From IMG/VR virus record IMGVR_UViG_3300030397_001003, positions 1 through 42,490 of that record: a stretch of 42,490 nucleotides of DNA; one strand, given 5' to 3'. Positions 18,073-27,497 of this stretch are shown here, piece by piece. Source of the stretch: a virus (Duplodnaviria; Caudoviricetes). How positions within the stretch are numbered: the first letter of the stretch is position 1; the number at the start of each line of letters is the position of its first letter. The notes beneath the pieces are model-generated. The model was not told where the DNA came from. It made no database searches and saw only the letters and a list, made by a program, of their open reading frames with translations. Position numbers and translations under genes: made by a program.

Positions 18073-21000
18073 TATGATAATGTCACCGTGTGGACTGTTG
18101 TAGCTCCTAATACTGAGTTTGTATCAGGTAATGAAAGTGTCAATGTTATAGTTCCTGTTGTTGCAGTCAAAAAGGTTATGATATAATCTGTGGTGTCTGC
18201 GTGTGGATGAGTAGTTACTGTAGAGTCTGGAGTAATTGTATTTCCCATAGAGTCAGCTATTGTATAATCTGTTCCATGTGTCAAAGTTCCAGCCATTGCA
18301 ACGTCTGCTTGAGCTGGTCCAATCCAAGTTTTGTCTAGAGTTACAGTATGAGTTCCACTGATGCCAGGATGTGATAAACTTGAGGATGCTGCATTCCAAT
18401 CAACTGTTCTTGTTCCATCTGATTTTGCAGCACTTAGAAACGTTGTTCCATCATCTTCCAATATCTTGCCTTCGTAAGTGTATTCATGTAATGCAGGATT
18501 TTTTGTAACCTCGAGAACTGTTATCACTTCTTGGCCTGTTGGCCTTAATGCTTTTGTTACTCCATTCCAAGTTTCATCTACAGGAGTAAATGAATTTGCA
18601 TCTCCAAATGGTGAACTATGGAAAAATCCCATCATACCTGAATTATTGTTGAATTTTAGAATTTCTGTACCATCTGATATTGTAGTATTGTGTTCATCAC
18701 CCCACACACCAACTATCTCAGGAATATCATTTGTGTTATCACATATGAAATCACATATGTCTTTCCATTCATCGAGCCATGTGACAGTCCATGTATCCGC
18801 ACTTCCAAGAAATTTAGAACCGCCAAATGCAAGTATTACAAGTTTGATTCCGACTGACTTCATTAGTAACAATGTGTCTTTTAGCCATTGTCGCTGATCC
18901 CATGTTGTGTATGCGTTCATGTCATCTGTAGGAGGTCCGTTTGTTATTTCACCATCTCCTATCATTGTCGGACCTAATCCAGTTGTTTTGGTTGGATGTC
19001 GTTGGCATTGAGTATCTAGGATAATGTGACCTACTTTGCCATCAGAGAATTTGGTTGCAACTCCTCTAACAAATCCTGTTCCTTGTGGCTGCACACTAGG
19101 GTATAGAGGGATAACGTCTCGTACTGATTGATAATTAGAAGGATAGAATGTTTTGGCTCCTGATGTTGTTGCGTTGTGGTCACTAGGCCCAACATCATGA
19201 TCTGATGGAGTGTAAATGAATGGTACTCGATTATACAGTTTTTGAAAGTCAGGAGAACCAAGATGGAACAGAAAATGCCTTCTTACCAAAGGCTTGTCAT
19301 CAACAGGAGAATTATGGTAGGTAAAGTCGCCCATATGGACTCCAGTTCTAATGTTTGCAAGATCTGCAGCCATGTTCCATATGTTGAATCCATTTTGATT
19401 GTCGGCCTCTATTGCATCTTCAGGATCACTACATGAACCACTAAGATACCTGTCTGTCACTGTGACTGCGACTTCTTCACCTTCTGCCATCATTGTAGTG
19501 AATGGCCCATAGATAGCGTCAGTGTCTACAGCACTGTTTGATTTGTATGCATAATAGTATTCAGTGTTTTTGGTAAGTCCAGTTGCAAGACACTGCACGT
19601 AATAAATTGATGATTCACCTGTGTCAAGTTCTCTATCTATTGTAAGGGTTGTAGCTGCTGTGAGTGGGCCTGTTGCCACAATTGCAGCTTCAAATCCCTC
19701 CTTAGTTCCTACTGTGGACACTACCAACTGTACATCATTTCTTGGTTGTGTCACTACTGCATTGGCAATGATACTAGTATCAAGTACTGCACTAAGAACC
19801 GAATATGCTACAATGTTAGTTTCAGGAGTTTTGTTAGCTACTAATGTGGATAGTGTTCCTTTGTATGAGAGAAAATCAATTGAACGTGCAGTTCCACCAC
19901 TGACATACTCTCCCCAAATAACTACATCATCTCCTTTGTTGATAGTCAATGTACTTACAAGATCTGATACTTCGGTTTCCGTAGCACCAACCAAGATCTC
20001 TACTTGAGTGGCAGTTGTGTCATTCCTGATTCTGATGTTTACACCTGAGCCATTTGGGACAGCATTTAGTTTTAGTCTGAAATCCGATAACACTTCAGAA
20101 TATGGCCATTTTACTGTAGCATCTGCTTTTGTTGCAGTCCAAGCACCAGTTAGAGAATCAGTGTTTAACCCGTTGTTCATTGGATTTCTGTACTCTCCTC
20201 CGGCGATGGTTGCTAACGTATCTTGTGTAGCTGCATGGTATTGATTTTCATTTATGTCATCTGGGACAAATACACAAGACCAGGTTGCCCTACGAGTTGT
20301 AGTTGTTGCAGTTCCTTCAGCTCTAAACGATACCTCATCACCTTCATTGAAATACAATGAATTGGATGTTCCAAACTTTTTAGAAGAAAGAAAATCAAAT
20401 CCACCATCATTGTCATGCACTGCGACAATTATTTCTTGAGCGGTGGTCTCGTTTCTGAGATAATATGTTACTGCATCTCCAGCATTCTCCTGTGGAGATG
20501 TTCTATATGATGTGAAATCTTTGAATGTTCCTGCCACTGGCATTTTTTTATTCCATTGAGTTCCCATTGCATCTTGGTTATTACTAAACGGCATATGATA
20601 AACAGGAGTTGAGAAATTGGGGCCTTCTGCTTCTGTTCTAAAAAATATCATTTTTTCAGTTGGGTTCACTGGTGCAAATGATATGTCACCAGATAGTCTG
20701 GAAAATACTGCAGGGGTGTTAATGGGCAAATGTCGTAGATCAATCAAATCACCTTTTCTCAAGAATAATCCTTTTGGAGAAAAGTCATCTATTGTTAGCG
20801 TTGTGTCAGTGTCAGATAATATTGCTGACATTCGCTGAGGTCCATTATCGGCTACAACCATGAATTCGTATGATGTTCCTGCACCTGGTGCTGTGCCAAC
20901 TTCAATGTTTATGTCAACAATGTAACAGTCAGTTGGAACCGCTATCGCTTGGCCTCTTGTGTATAATGTTTGTTGATCCCCGATTGTAACTGTATTTATT

Positions 21001-21128
21001 GCACTAGTACTGCTGGTGTCATCTTTAATCCAACTGAGTGTTTCAATAAATTGTGATGTTGCGTTGGAAACAAGAGAGGCAGATTCTAATGCTCCTTGTC
21101 CTTGAGGAGCGTAACTAGCAGCAGGCAA
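18072..21128 (-). CDS. Virion-type beta-repeat protein fused to an FN3 + PhoD-like metallophosphoesterase
   Basis: GLTKNTEYYY (FN3 of purple acid phosphatase/PhoD type), then GSC, GDFTY, SDHD, LDTQ and GDEH motifs; N-terminal ~430 aa of repeated beta modules; no signal peptide. Confidence 0.8.
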   Translation of the reverse strand: MPAASYAPQGQGALESASLVSNATSQFIETLSWIKDDTSSTSAINTVTIGDQQTLYTRGQAIAVPTDCYIVDINIEVGTAPGAGTSYEFMVVADNGPQRMSAILSDTDTTLTIDDFSPKGLFLRKGDLIDLRHLPINTPAVFSRLSGDISFAPVNPTEKMIFFRTEAEGPNFSTPVYHMPFSNNQDAMGTQWNKKMPVAGTFKDFTSYRTSPQENAGDAVTYYLRNETTAQEIIVAVHDNDGGFDFLSSKKFGTSNSLYFNEGDEVSFRAEGTATTTTRRATWSCVFVPDDINENQYHAATQDTLATIAGGEYRNPMNNGLNTDSLTGAWTATKADATVKWPYSEVLSDFRLKLNAVPNGSGVNIRIRNDTTATQVEILVGATETEVSDLVSTLTINKGDDVVIWGEYVSGGTARSIDFLSYKGTLSTLVANKTPETNIVAYSVLSAVLDTSIIANAVVTQPRNDVQLVVSTVGTKEGFEAAIVATGPLTAATTLTIDRELDTGESSIYYVQCLATGLTKNTEYYYAYKSNSAVDTDAIYGPFTTMMAEGEEVAVTVTDRYLSGSCSDPEDAIEADNQNGFNIWNMAADLANIRTGVHMGDFTYHNSPVDDKPLVRRHFLFHLGSPDFQKLYNRVPFIYTPSDHDVGPSDHNATTSGAKTFYPSNYQSVRDVIPLYPSVQPQGTGFVRGVATKFSDGKVGHIILDTQCQRHPTKTTGLGPTMIGDGEITNGPPTDDMNAYTTWDQRQWLKDTLLLMKSVGIKLVILAFGGSKFLGSADTWTVTWLDEWKDICDFICDNTNDIPEIVGVWGDEHNTTISDGTEILKFNNNSGMMGFFHSSPFGDANSFTPVDETWNGVTKALRPTGQEVITVLEVTKNPALHEYTYEGKILEDDGTTFLSAAKSDGTRTVDWNAASSSLSHPGISGTHTVTLDKTWIGPAQADVAMAGTLTHGTDYTIADSMGNTITPDSTVTTHPHADTTDYIITFLTATTGTITLTLSLPDTNSVLGATTVHTVTLS

Positions 21129-21150
21129 TTATTACTTTTTGATATGTGTA

Positions 21151-21381
21151 TTATTTTAACTTGTCAGCATCTAATTTGATCCCAAACTTTTTTTCTAGTT
21201 TAGTTTTGTTTTTCTTTATGTCTGCTCTGTTTGGATTATTAGGGGATTCTAACATTTCCTTGTAAAGTTGTCTTGGGCTTTTACTTCCTTTTATGGTGGT
21301 ATATTTGTCAAGATTGTCAACATCCTCATTTTTGTATTCTACCATATGATCCTCATTTCCATCAGGAATAAATTTTACCAT
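21151..21381 (-). CDS. Small Lys-rich hypothetical protein
   Basis: 76 aa within a late operon. Confidence 0.6.
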   Translation of the reverse strand: MVKFIPDGNEDHMVEYKNEDVDNLDKYTTIKGSKSPRQLYKEMLESPNNPNRADIKKNKTKLEKKFGIKLDADKLK

Positions 21382-21383
21382 AT

Positions 21384-21824
21384 CTATGATGCCTCCAATT
21401 CTACTGACTCTCCACCTATTCTTATGTTTTCTGTAGCTGGATCACCTGCCATAACAAATGAGATTTCTTGTTCAGCGCTTACCGCTACTGTGTTTGTGTC
21501 ATCTAGGAATTTGCCTGATGCTGATGTTCCAACAGTTACTGTCAATGCGGTATTTACACCGTCTAGGTTTACTGTAAATGCGGTTGAATTTGTAACTCTG
21601 CTGTTTGCAGTAATTCTAAAACCATAATTTCTCAATGTTCCTGCATATGGCACTTGCACTTGAAGCCTATTCTCAATGGTTTCTAATAGATTACCTGAAC
21701 CTGGACCTCGATAGGTATCTGAAGAACTAGTTGTGGATATTTGTCCAGATCTGGAAAGAACACATTTTGAACCGGAACCTCCTCCGCCACCGCCGGAGCC
21801 TTGTGGTGGATATTGTCCACCCAT
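21384..21824 (-). CDS. Beta-sandwich virion protein related to the repeats of the PhoD fusion
   Basis: Poly-Gly linker; VPYAGTLRN...TVAVSAEQEISF resembles MPVAGTFKD...FNEGDEVSF. Confidence 0.6.
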   Translation of the reverse strand: MGGQYPPQGSGGGGGGSGSKCVLSRSGQISTTSSSDTYRGPGSGNLLETIENRLQVQVPYAGTLRNYGFRITANSRVTNSTAFTVNLDGVNTALTVTVGTSASGKFLDDTNTVAVSAEQEISFVMAGDPATENIRIGGESVELEAS

Positions 21825-21825
21825 G

Positions 21826-22182
21826 TTAAGACTCCTCTGGATATTCGCTTATTCTACAATAATCAATGGTGGCAGTAGATGAGCCTGTTGCGGTTCTGAT
21901 ATTAAACACATCTCCAGCAAGTGCATCTACTTTGAATGCAAATGTCTGGTCTGCACCTATTGCAGTACCAGAGTTTAACGCGCTATAATTTGTCCCATCC
22001 CAAGTCCATTCTAAAACGGCACTTACAGATATGGATACAGTAATTTTGATTGCTACAGGTTTATTGTCTACAGAGTCAGGGGTTTGTAAAGCTAGATCAG
22101 AATCAAACCAATCTACTTGGGCTGCCTTGGTACCTGAAATATCGCTTTCATCTGCTAAACGATTTCCTGCGCCTCTTGCCAT
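21826..22182 (-). CDS. Putative minor virion protein
   Basis: Beta-rich, first gene under a late promoter motif. Confidence 0.6.
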   Translation of the reverse strand: MARGAGNRLADESDISGTKAAQVDWFDSDLALQTPDSVDNKPVAIKITVSISVSAVLEWTWDGTNYSALNSGTAIGADQTFAFKVDALAGDVFNIRTATGSSTATIDYCRISEYPEES

Positions 22183-22204
22183 ATGCATTTAGTTTGTTGA
22201 AAAT

Positions 22205-22217
22205 TATATCAGTGTTA
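22205..22217 (-). promoter_or_regulatory. Conserved late promoter motif TAACACTGATATA
   Basis: Exact 13-mer, 23 nt upstream of ATG 22182. Confidence 0.8.
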
Positions 22218-22391
22218 TCCTATCATGGATTTTGCTTGGAGTGGTTTCATGAAAGTCCCACCAGTCCCATGATTTTTCTTTCCTACGTAATAGTTTGTTA
22301 TTTCCATAGCACATTTGAAACAAATCTGCCATTTCTTCCAATTGTGAGCATCCAAGGCCATAGACGACTTGGTGCATATTCTACACCGCAA
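22215..22391 (-). CDS. 58-aa zinc-finger protein, TTG start (not in the ORF track)
   Basis: MRCRICTK...WQICFKCA; TATATAA ~28 nt upstream. Confidence 0.55.
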   Translation of the reverse strand: MRCRICTKSSMALDAHNWKKWQICFKCAMEITNYYVGKKNHGTGGTFMKPLQAKSMIG

Positions 22392-22469
22392 CCCGTATTA
22401 TTTACTCGTGTTGAATAGTTATATAGTTAACCATTAAATTAGTCCGCGATCACGTAGGTTATTTAGAAT

Positions 22470-24278
22470 CTATTTACCTAATCCTCGTATACTAAACGCT
22501 TTCTCTTTGTAGTTTGCATCTGCCACAAATGTGTATATCTGTGACATCATGGAATCGGGTGGGTGGTTGAACTCTTTTTTGACGTTCTGCCTGGCATCTT
22601 CCTTTGCATCTTCAGGATTCTCTAACAGGTCTTTTCTTGTTAGTTTTGGCCACTCGTCTAGGATATAGTCAACCTCATAGTCATTGTAATATGGTATCAT
22701 GTATACTGGCACCTTTAGTTTGTCATCCTGTGGGTAAAGTGGGTGGCTCACATATTTTCCAAAGATATCGATAAAATTCTGCAATGTTGTTGTCTTGTCT
22801 ATTATTATCTTGTCTAATGCTGTATTGCCATCGTCATTGGTTTCTTCTTGTTGTTTTTGGAATGGTTTTGTTGGGTCACCTATTGTCATACAGCCTTTGA
22901 ACCTTCCTTTGCCCAATCCCTCAAACTTTCTGTCTTTAGAATCTCTTCCACCTTTTTGGATAAATGGTATCATGTCTTGCCCATGTCCCCAATCTCCCAC
23001 TGAGAAATCACAGCCGTATGAACGAAATACATCTGCTATGTGCCTTGCCTTGTCCATTGGATGATCTGATTGTGGGATTTTCTCCATCCAGGCTATTTGG
23101 TATCTTCCTGACTTTCTCCAATGGATGTTTACTGATAGAACTGTTGTTGGCACTGATGTAGAACTTCCAAAATCAACACCGCCAACCACTCTAATTTCAT
23201 TACCAAATACCTGTTTGTAGGTTCTTACTTCCTCCGGATGCAATAACCTGTATTCTGGTTTCATACATTCCCGTATCATCTCTGGTGTGATTGGTCTTCT
23301 CTCTGCCTTGTAATCCTCAGCTAGAGTATGGGATAGATAGATGGATTTTGGAAAGTGTTTTTGTTGATATTGTATGCTTAGTTGTGGCTGGACATGATAG
23401 TCGTGTATGGCTGATTCCACCGTAAGGGGAATGGTTGGAACAATGGTTTGGGGGATATGGTATCCTCTGTATTGTGTATTCTCAGGTTTTTGAGCCACCC
23501 ATCTTCCAGCAAGAATTGATTTGAGTTCGTTGTTGCTGTTACTGATGTTTCCTTGGGCATCGAATGTAAGTTTGCTTCTCCAATCAGGGTCATCATATAT
23601 CCACTCTCTTTGATCTGTTCTTTCCCAATTATTTACATATTCTGAACCTTGCTCTCCACCAATTCCAAACCCGTAAAACCTGCCATGAGTTTGAGAAAGT
23701 GTGTATAGTGCCTTATACAAGAATTGAACATCGTGATACTGGTATTCATCGCAGACCAATACAATGTTTGATTTTCCCTCAACTGCCTTGTACTCTCCTT
23801 CATCAGTCAGCAGATACACAACAGCATCATTTAATAGATTTATCTCTGTAACTGCTGCCCTCATTCCATATGGAAGGAACTTTCTTAGTTCTGGATTTGC
23901 TTGGAATGTCTCTCTTCTGAGTCTTTGTTTAGAGAAGGCTGATCTGTGAGCATCATTATCTGCAACATATGATATCTCCGAACCTGGGTTTGTAGTGGCA
24001 GTACAGCCGATAATATCCGTTGATGTAGTTGTCTTGAAAGTCTGTCTGGCTGCTTTGACCATGATGTTAGGGTGATTGTCTTCATAGATATCTATCCAAT
24101 ATGGAAACTTGGTAAAATCCCTTTTTCTTCTGCCTATGTATGGACGTGCTGCTCTTATCCAATCCATTATGTTTTTGGGTAGTGTTGGATAGATTGGTGA
24201 TTCTTCCTCTAGGATTGTATTGTCATTTATTCCAAAGGCCTTTCGTTCGAGACGAGATATGTCATGTTTAGAAACCAT
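22470..24278 (-). CDS. terL: Terminase large subunit
   Basis: 602 aa; Walker A-like KAARQTFKT, Walker B VLVCDE, nuclease motif GGVDFG, C-terminal HPPD. Confidence 0.88.
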   Translation of the reverse strand: MVSKHDISRLERKAFGINDNTILEEESPIYPTLPKNIMDWIRAARPYIGRRKRDFTKFPYWIDIYEDNHPNIMVKAARQTFKTTTSTDIIGCTATTNPGSEISYVADNDAHRSAFSKQRLRRETFQANPELRKFLPYGMRAAVTEINLLNDAVVYLLTDEGEYKAVEGKSNIVLVCDEYQYHDVQFLYKALYTLSQTHGRFYGFGIGGEQGSEYVNNWERTDQREWIYDDPDWRSKLTFDAQGNISNSNNELKSILAGRWVAQKPENTQYRGYHIPQTIVPTIPLTVESAIHDYHVQPQLSIQYQQKHFPKSIYLSHTLAEDYKAERRPITPEMIRECMKPEYRLLHPEEVRTYKQVFGNEIRVVGGVDFGSSTSVPTTVLSVNIHWRKSGRYQIAWMEKIPQSDHPMDKARHIADVFRSYGCDFSVGDWGHGQDMIPFIQKGGRDSKDRKFEGLGKGRFKGCMTIGDPTKPFQKQQEETNDDGNTALDKIIIDKTTTLQNFIDIFGKYVSHPLYPQDDKLKVPVYMIPYYNDYEVDYILDEWPKLTRKDLLENPEDAKEDARQNVKKEFNHPPDSMMSQIYTFVADANYKEKAFSIRGLGK

Positions 24279-24462
24279 TATCCTCTTCTTTTGCCCATTC
24301 CTTGAATTGTTTTCTTAGTTCAGGTGTGGCTTTTAGAAATTTATGTCTTTTACACTTACACACCCAAAAATACTTCCCGATTTGGTGATATGCCTCATCA
24401 TGGTTACAATCAGAATTTCCATTTATCTTTCTCATGCTATCTATTAATTCATCCAAACTCAT
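24268..24462 (-). CDS. Small Cys/His-containing protein
   Basis: 64 aa between the terminase subunits. Confidence 0.55.
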   Translation of the reverse strand: MSLDELIDSMRKINGNSDCNHDEAYHQIGKYFWVCKCKRHKFLKATPELRKQFKEWAKEEDNGF

Positions 24463-24463
24463 G

Positions 24464-24760
24464 TTAGTTCCCCATCTTTGCTTTCAGTTCTTGTAGTGTG
24501 CCAGGTGGGAGCGCTTCTATTAGTTTCTCTATGTTTTTGAGTCTCTTATCATGGTCTGCCATGTCAGCAAGTTTAGCTTGTGTGTTTGCTGCTCTGGATA
24601 AAGTAGTAGTTACATTAATTATATTTTCAGTATCAATTTTATGGTCAGGATCCTTCTTTAATGCTTGTTCTTCTGCCTTGATTTCTTTTACAAGAAGGTT
24701 CATTGCACGTCTGATATAGCGCCCATAGGTAGCCATGTCAGCCCAATTTGGTTGGGTCAT
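24464..24760 (-). CDS. Putative terminase small subunit
   Basis: 98-aa helical protein upstream of terL. Confidence 0.5.
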   Translation of the reverse strand: MTQPNWADMATYGRYIRRAMNLLVKEIKAEEQALKKDPDHKIDTENIINVTTTLSRAANTQAKLADMADHDKRLKNIEKLIEALPPGTLQELKAKMGN

Positions 24761-24807
24761 CGTCCTTTTTTAGTGAGTGGGCATGACTAAAAAGTGTTGT
24801 TTAAACA

Positions 24808-24957
24808 TCAGCCATGTTTTGTCGCCATAGTATATTGAAGATACTCTTTTTTTGGGATTATAACCAAGGTTGTTCTACATTGCATGCATAGTATATCTTG
24901 GGACACTCCTTGAGTCAACATCTCACTATTACATACAGGACATGTTGGTTTAGTCAT
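24808..24957 (-). CDS. 49-aa zinc-ribbon protein
   Basis: MTKPTCPVC...LCMQC. Confidence 0.55.
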   Translation of the reverse strand: MTKPTCPVCNSEMLTQGVSQDILCMQCRTTLVIIPKKEYLQYTMATKHG

Positions 24958-25091
24958 GGTATTGCTATCCTAACTCCTAATGATACCAGTGCCACTGAAT
25001 AGAATAATGAAGCTAGTACTATTCCTGTCAGAAACCAGTTTGTTTCCCTATCAGAGTTGAATATCTTGATTTTCTTCATTGTTGTTGTCAT
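24954..25091 (-). CDS. Small single-pass membrane protein
   Basis: WFLTGIVLASLFYSVALVSLGV hydrophobic stretch; overlaps neighbours at both ends. Confidence 0.5.
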   Translation of the reverse strand: MTTTMKKIKIFNSDRETNWFLTGIVLASLFYSVALVSLGVRIAIP

Positions 25092-25396
25092 TATTTCCTT
25101 TCTGTACATGAAATTAGGTGCTCTGGTGTAGGGTTTTGGCAGTATGTGTCAATTATCATCATCTCGTGGGTTCTTCCGTGTACGTGTTCCATTTCATGTG
25201 TATAGTAGTTGTAGGACATGCTAGATTTATCCCACATTCTGCTAATTAGTAGATGTACCTCCATGTCATAGCACCCTATGTGATTTCCATTACAGGCTTT
25301 AGATACTGATTCAATTGTTTCATGGTATGTTATGTAGACTTTATGATACCCTTCTTCACTATCTCCAGCCCACACAAATAATGGGAGAATTATCAA
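25091..25396 (-). CDS. Minimal zincin-like metallopeptidase
   Basis: HEMEH (HExxH) followed by GRTH; hydrophobic N-terminus. Confidence 0.6.
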   Translation of the reverse strand: MIILPLFVWAGDSEEGYHKVYITYHETIESVSKACNGNHIGCYDMEVHLLISRMWDKSSMSYNYYTHEMEHVHGRTHEMMIIDTYCQNPTPEHLISCTERK

Positions 25397-25418
25397 TAGT
25401 GATGTAAAAGGGTCCGTC

Positions 25419-26108
25419 TTATTCCACCAGGAATGTTATAGAATCCACTTGCTTGCCGTCAGTTATTGTCATGGAATACACTCCATCTATTGCTGACTGT
25501 GGAATCTCAAATGTTATTAGGAATCTTCCATTGATTGGAATTCCTACATTTTCTTTTTCATGGACTGCATTGCCTTGCTCGTCCCAAAATGTTATCTCTA
25601 CTGCTTGTTGTGTGGTTACATCAGCACTTCCACTAATGAATAGTACATCTCCTGTGCCATAGGACTCTTGAGGTACTCCTTTGTTATCAGTTATTCTTAA
25701 TCCAAAATCTACCTTTTGTGGTGGAATTTCCTTTTCAGGTAGTGTTATTTGATTCTCTGAAAGAGTTTCCTTTGCTGCTTGAAGCTCTGTAATTTGGGCT
25801 TGTAAGTCAGATAGTTTTTCATCTATTTTGGCATTTAGTATAGCATCATATTGGCCTATCTTTTGGTCAATTCTATCATTTGCATATTGATTACTAGTGC
25901 TGACAGATGTGGATATGTATGTGTAAATATCTGAGACCTCTTGTAGGTATTTCATATCAGTTGCTTCAATCGCATTGTGAATACTGTTAATGTCTGATTC
26001 GTCAACCTGTGATTCAGATAACTCGGCTGTTGTTATTGATGTTGCTATCAATACTCCAATAGATATTGCAAGTGCTAGGATTACCAGAGCAGGAATTGCG
26101 TTACTCAT
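25419..26108 (-). CDS. Membrane-anchored coiled-coil + Ig-like domain protein
   Basis: N-terminal TM segment, coiled coil, C-terminal Y..GD...ISG...F.IP....G.Y...ITDG Ig-like module. Confidence 0.7.
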   Translation of the reverse strand: MSNAIPALVILALAISIGVLIATSITTAELSESQVDESDINSIHNAIEATDMKYLQEVSDIYTYISTSVSTSNQYANDRIDQKIGQYDAILNAKIDEKLSDLQAQITELQAAKETLSENQITLPEKEIPPQKVDFGLRITDNKGVPQESYGTGDVLFISGSADVTTQQAVEITFWDEQGNAVHEKENVGIPINGRFLITFEIPQSAIDGVYSMTITDGKQVDSITFLVE

Positions 26109-27280
26109 TGTTTGTCAAGGTTCCTTTGGTATTTTTGACTGTCCTTTATCTTGTTTTTCTCTACTACTGTATTCCATTGTGAGTCTGGGTCTTTGAGATA
26201 TTCAAACCAGGCTTGTAATGCTGGACTATCTGCATAATCTTTCATTGGTGGGGGTAGTTCTGTTGATAGATATTCTCTCTCATCAGGACATCCATAGATC
26301 ATTTTGGTTTGGTGTGTTGCATGTTCCACATAACACATTGGGGAATATCTTGGTTGTTTGACACCCTCATTTGACATTGATTCTACTTGACTTGCTGCAA
26401 TAGGTTGAACAGATCTGGCAATGTCTGCATGATATGGTTGTATATCATCATCACCTGTTAGACGTGTATTGGAGTAAGTGCCCCATTTTTTGTCAAATCC
26501 CAGGTCTTCTTTTAGAGTGTTTTCTGCTTTACATTCCTGAAGTTTTAGCATTATTTTTCCTAGTTCAGGATGAGAGTCATAACTGATTGATTTGGTGATA
26601 TTAGGGATAACAAACTGTGTCACCAATTCACCAGTAGTGGGGTCTATTACTTGCTCAGTTGGCAAGTCATGTAAAATTCTAGTGGTTTGAATTGTTGTGA
26701 TATCTACTAAGCAGTCCATTTGGACACGGTTATAGAGATCAATTGCTATTCTATCCCCAGTAGTTATCCTATGTTTAGCCTCTAGACGTTGAATTATCTT
26801 TTCATTTTCTGTTAATTCAATTGGTTCTTGTTCTTCTGGGTTCTGGGAGATTACTTGTTCATAGTTTTCTAGTGCTTCTTGTTCTATTTGATGTGCAGGT
26901 TTGCAGGTCCAAGTTTGGATATCTAACTCTAACCCTTGTTCTCTACAGTCTTCAGTGGTTGTAAATAATGATTCTTCTTCTGGTTCATATCCATAAAAAT
27001 AACATATCATCAAATTTGATTCTGGTGTTGTACAAATCTGGGTTTCAACTGGAAACAGGGTTTCCACGATATTTTTGTAGGCGGTATCAGAGGTATTAGC
27101 ATAATCATTTTCATCTAGGTATTTTACCTGAATTCCTTCTTCATTGTTTTGGATTTCAATTGGTGTGGTGGTTCTAGGATAATCCTGTGTCTCTTCATTA
27201 TGATCGGCATATACAGGATATACACTTAACACACTAACAACAGTAGTTAGCAGTAAAACAATTGCCAAAAACTTATTCAT
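26105..27280 (-). CDS. Secreted acidic protein
   Basis: MNKFLAIVLLLTTVVSVLSVYPVYA signal peptide; paired Cys. Confidence 0.75.
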   Translation of the reverse strand: MNKFLAIVLLLTTVVSVLSVYPVYADHNEETQDYPRTTTPIEIQNNEEGIQVKYLDENDYANTSDTAYKNIVETLFPVETQICTTPESNLMICYFYGYEPEEESLFTTTEDCREQGLELDIQTWTCKPAHQIEQEALENYEQVISQNPEEQEPIELTENEKIIQRLEAKHRITTGDRIAIDLYNRVQMDCLVDITTIQTTRILHDLPTEQVIDPTTGELVTQFVIPNITKSISYDSHPELGKIMLKLQECKAENTLKEDLGFDKKWGTYSNTRLTGDDDIQPYHADIARSVQPIAASQVESMSNEGVKQPRYSPMCYVEHATHQTKMIYGCPDEREYLSTELPPPMKDYADSPALQAWFEYLKDPDSQWNTVVEKNKIKDSQKYQRNLDKQ

Positions 27281-27395
27281 TTTCAATTTTCTCCATTAAT
27301 TTTAAAATTATGTCATCATAGGAATCATTCTTTTTCCCATACTCATCTAGTTTGTCTTTTGTGGTAGTTTCTAAAGTAATAGTAGTTTTTGTCAT
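27273..27395 (-). CDS. 40-aa ribbon-helix-helix regulator (not in the ORF track)
   Basis: MTKTTITLETTTKDKLDEYGKKNDSYDDIILKL, a typical archaeal RHH pattern. Confidence 0.7.
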   Translation of the reverse strand: MTKTTITLETTTKDKLDEYGKKNDSYDDIILKLMEKIENE

Positions 27396-27497
27396 GAACC
27401 CCATGAGATTTACTTAGAATATTAATATTATTTGTGTAATGAAATACACTATTTTATCATTTTCTAGACATTTAGTGTTTGCGTTTTGATTGGGTTG

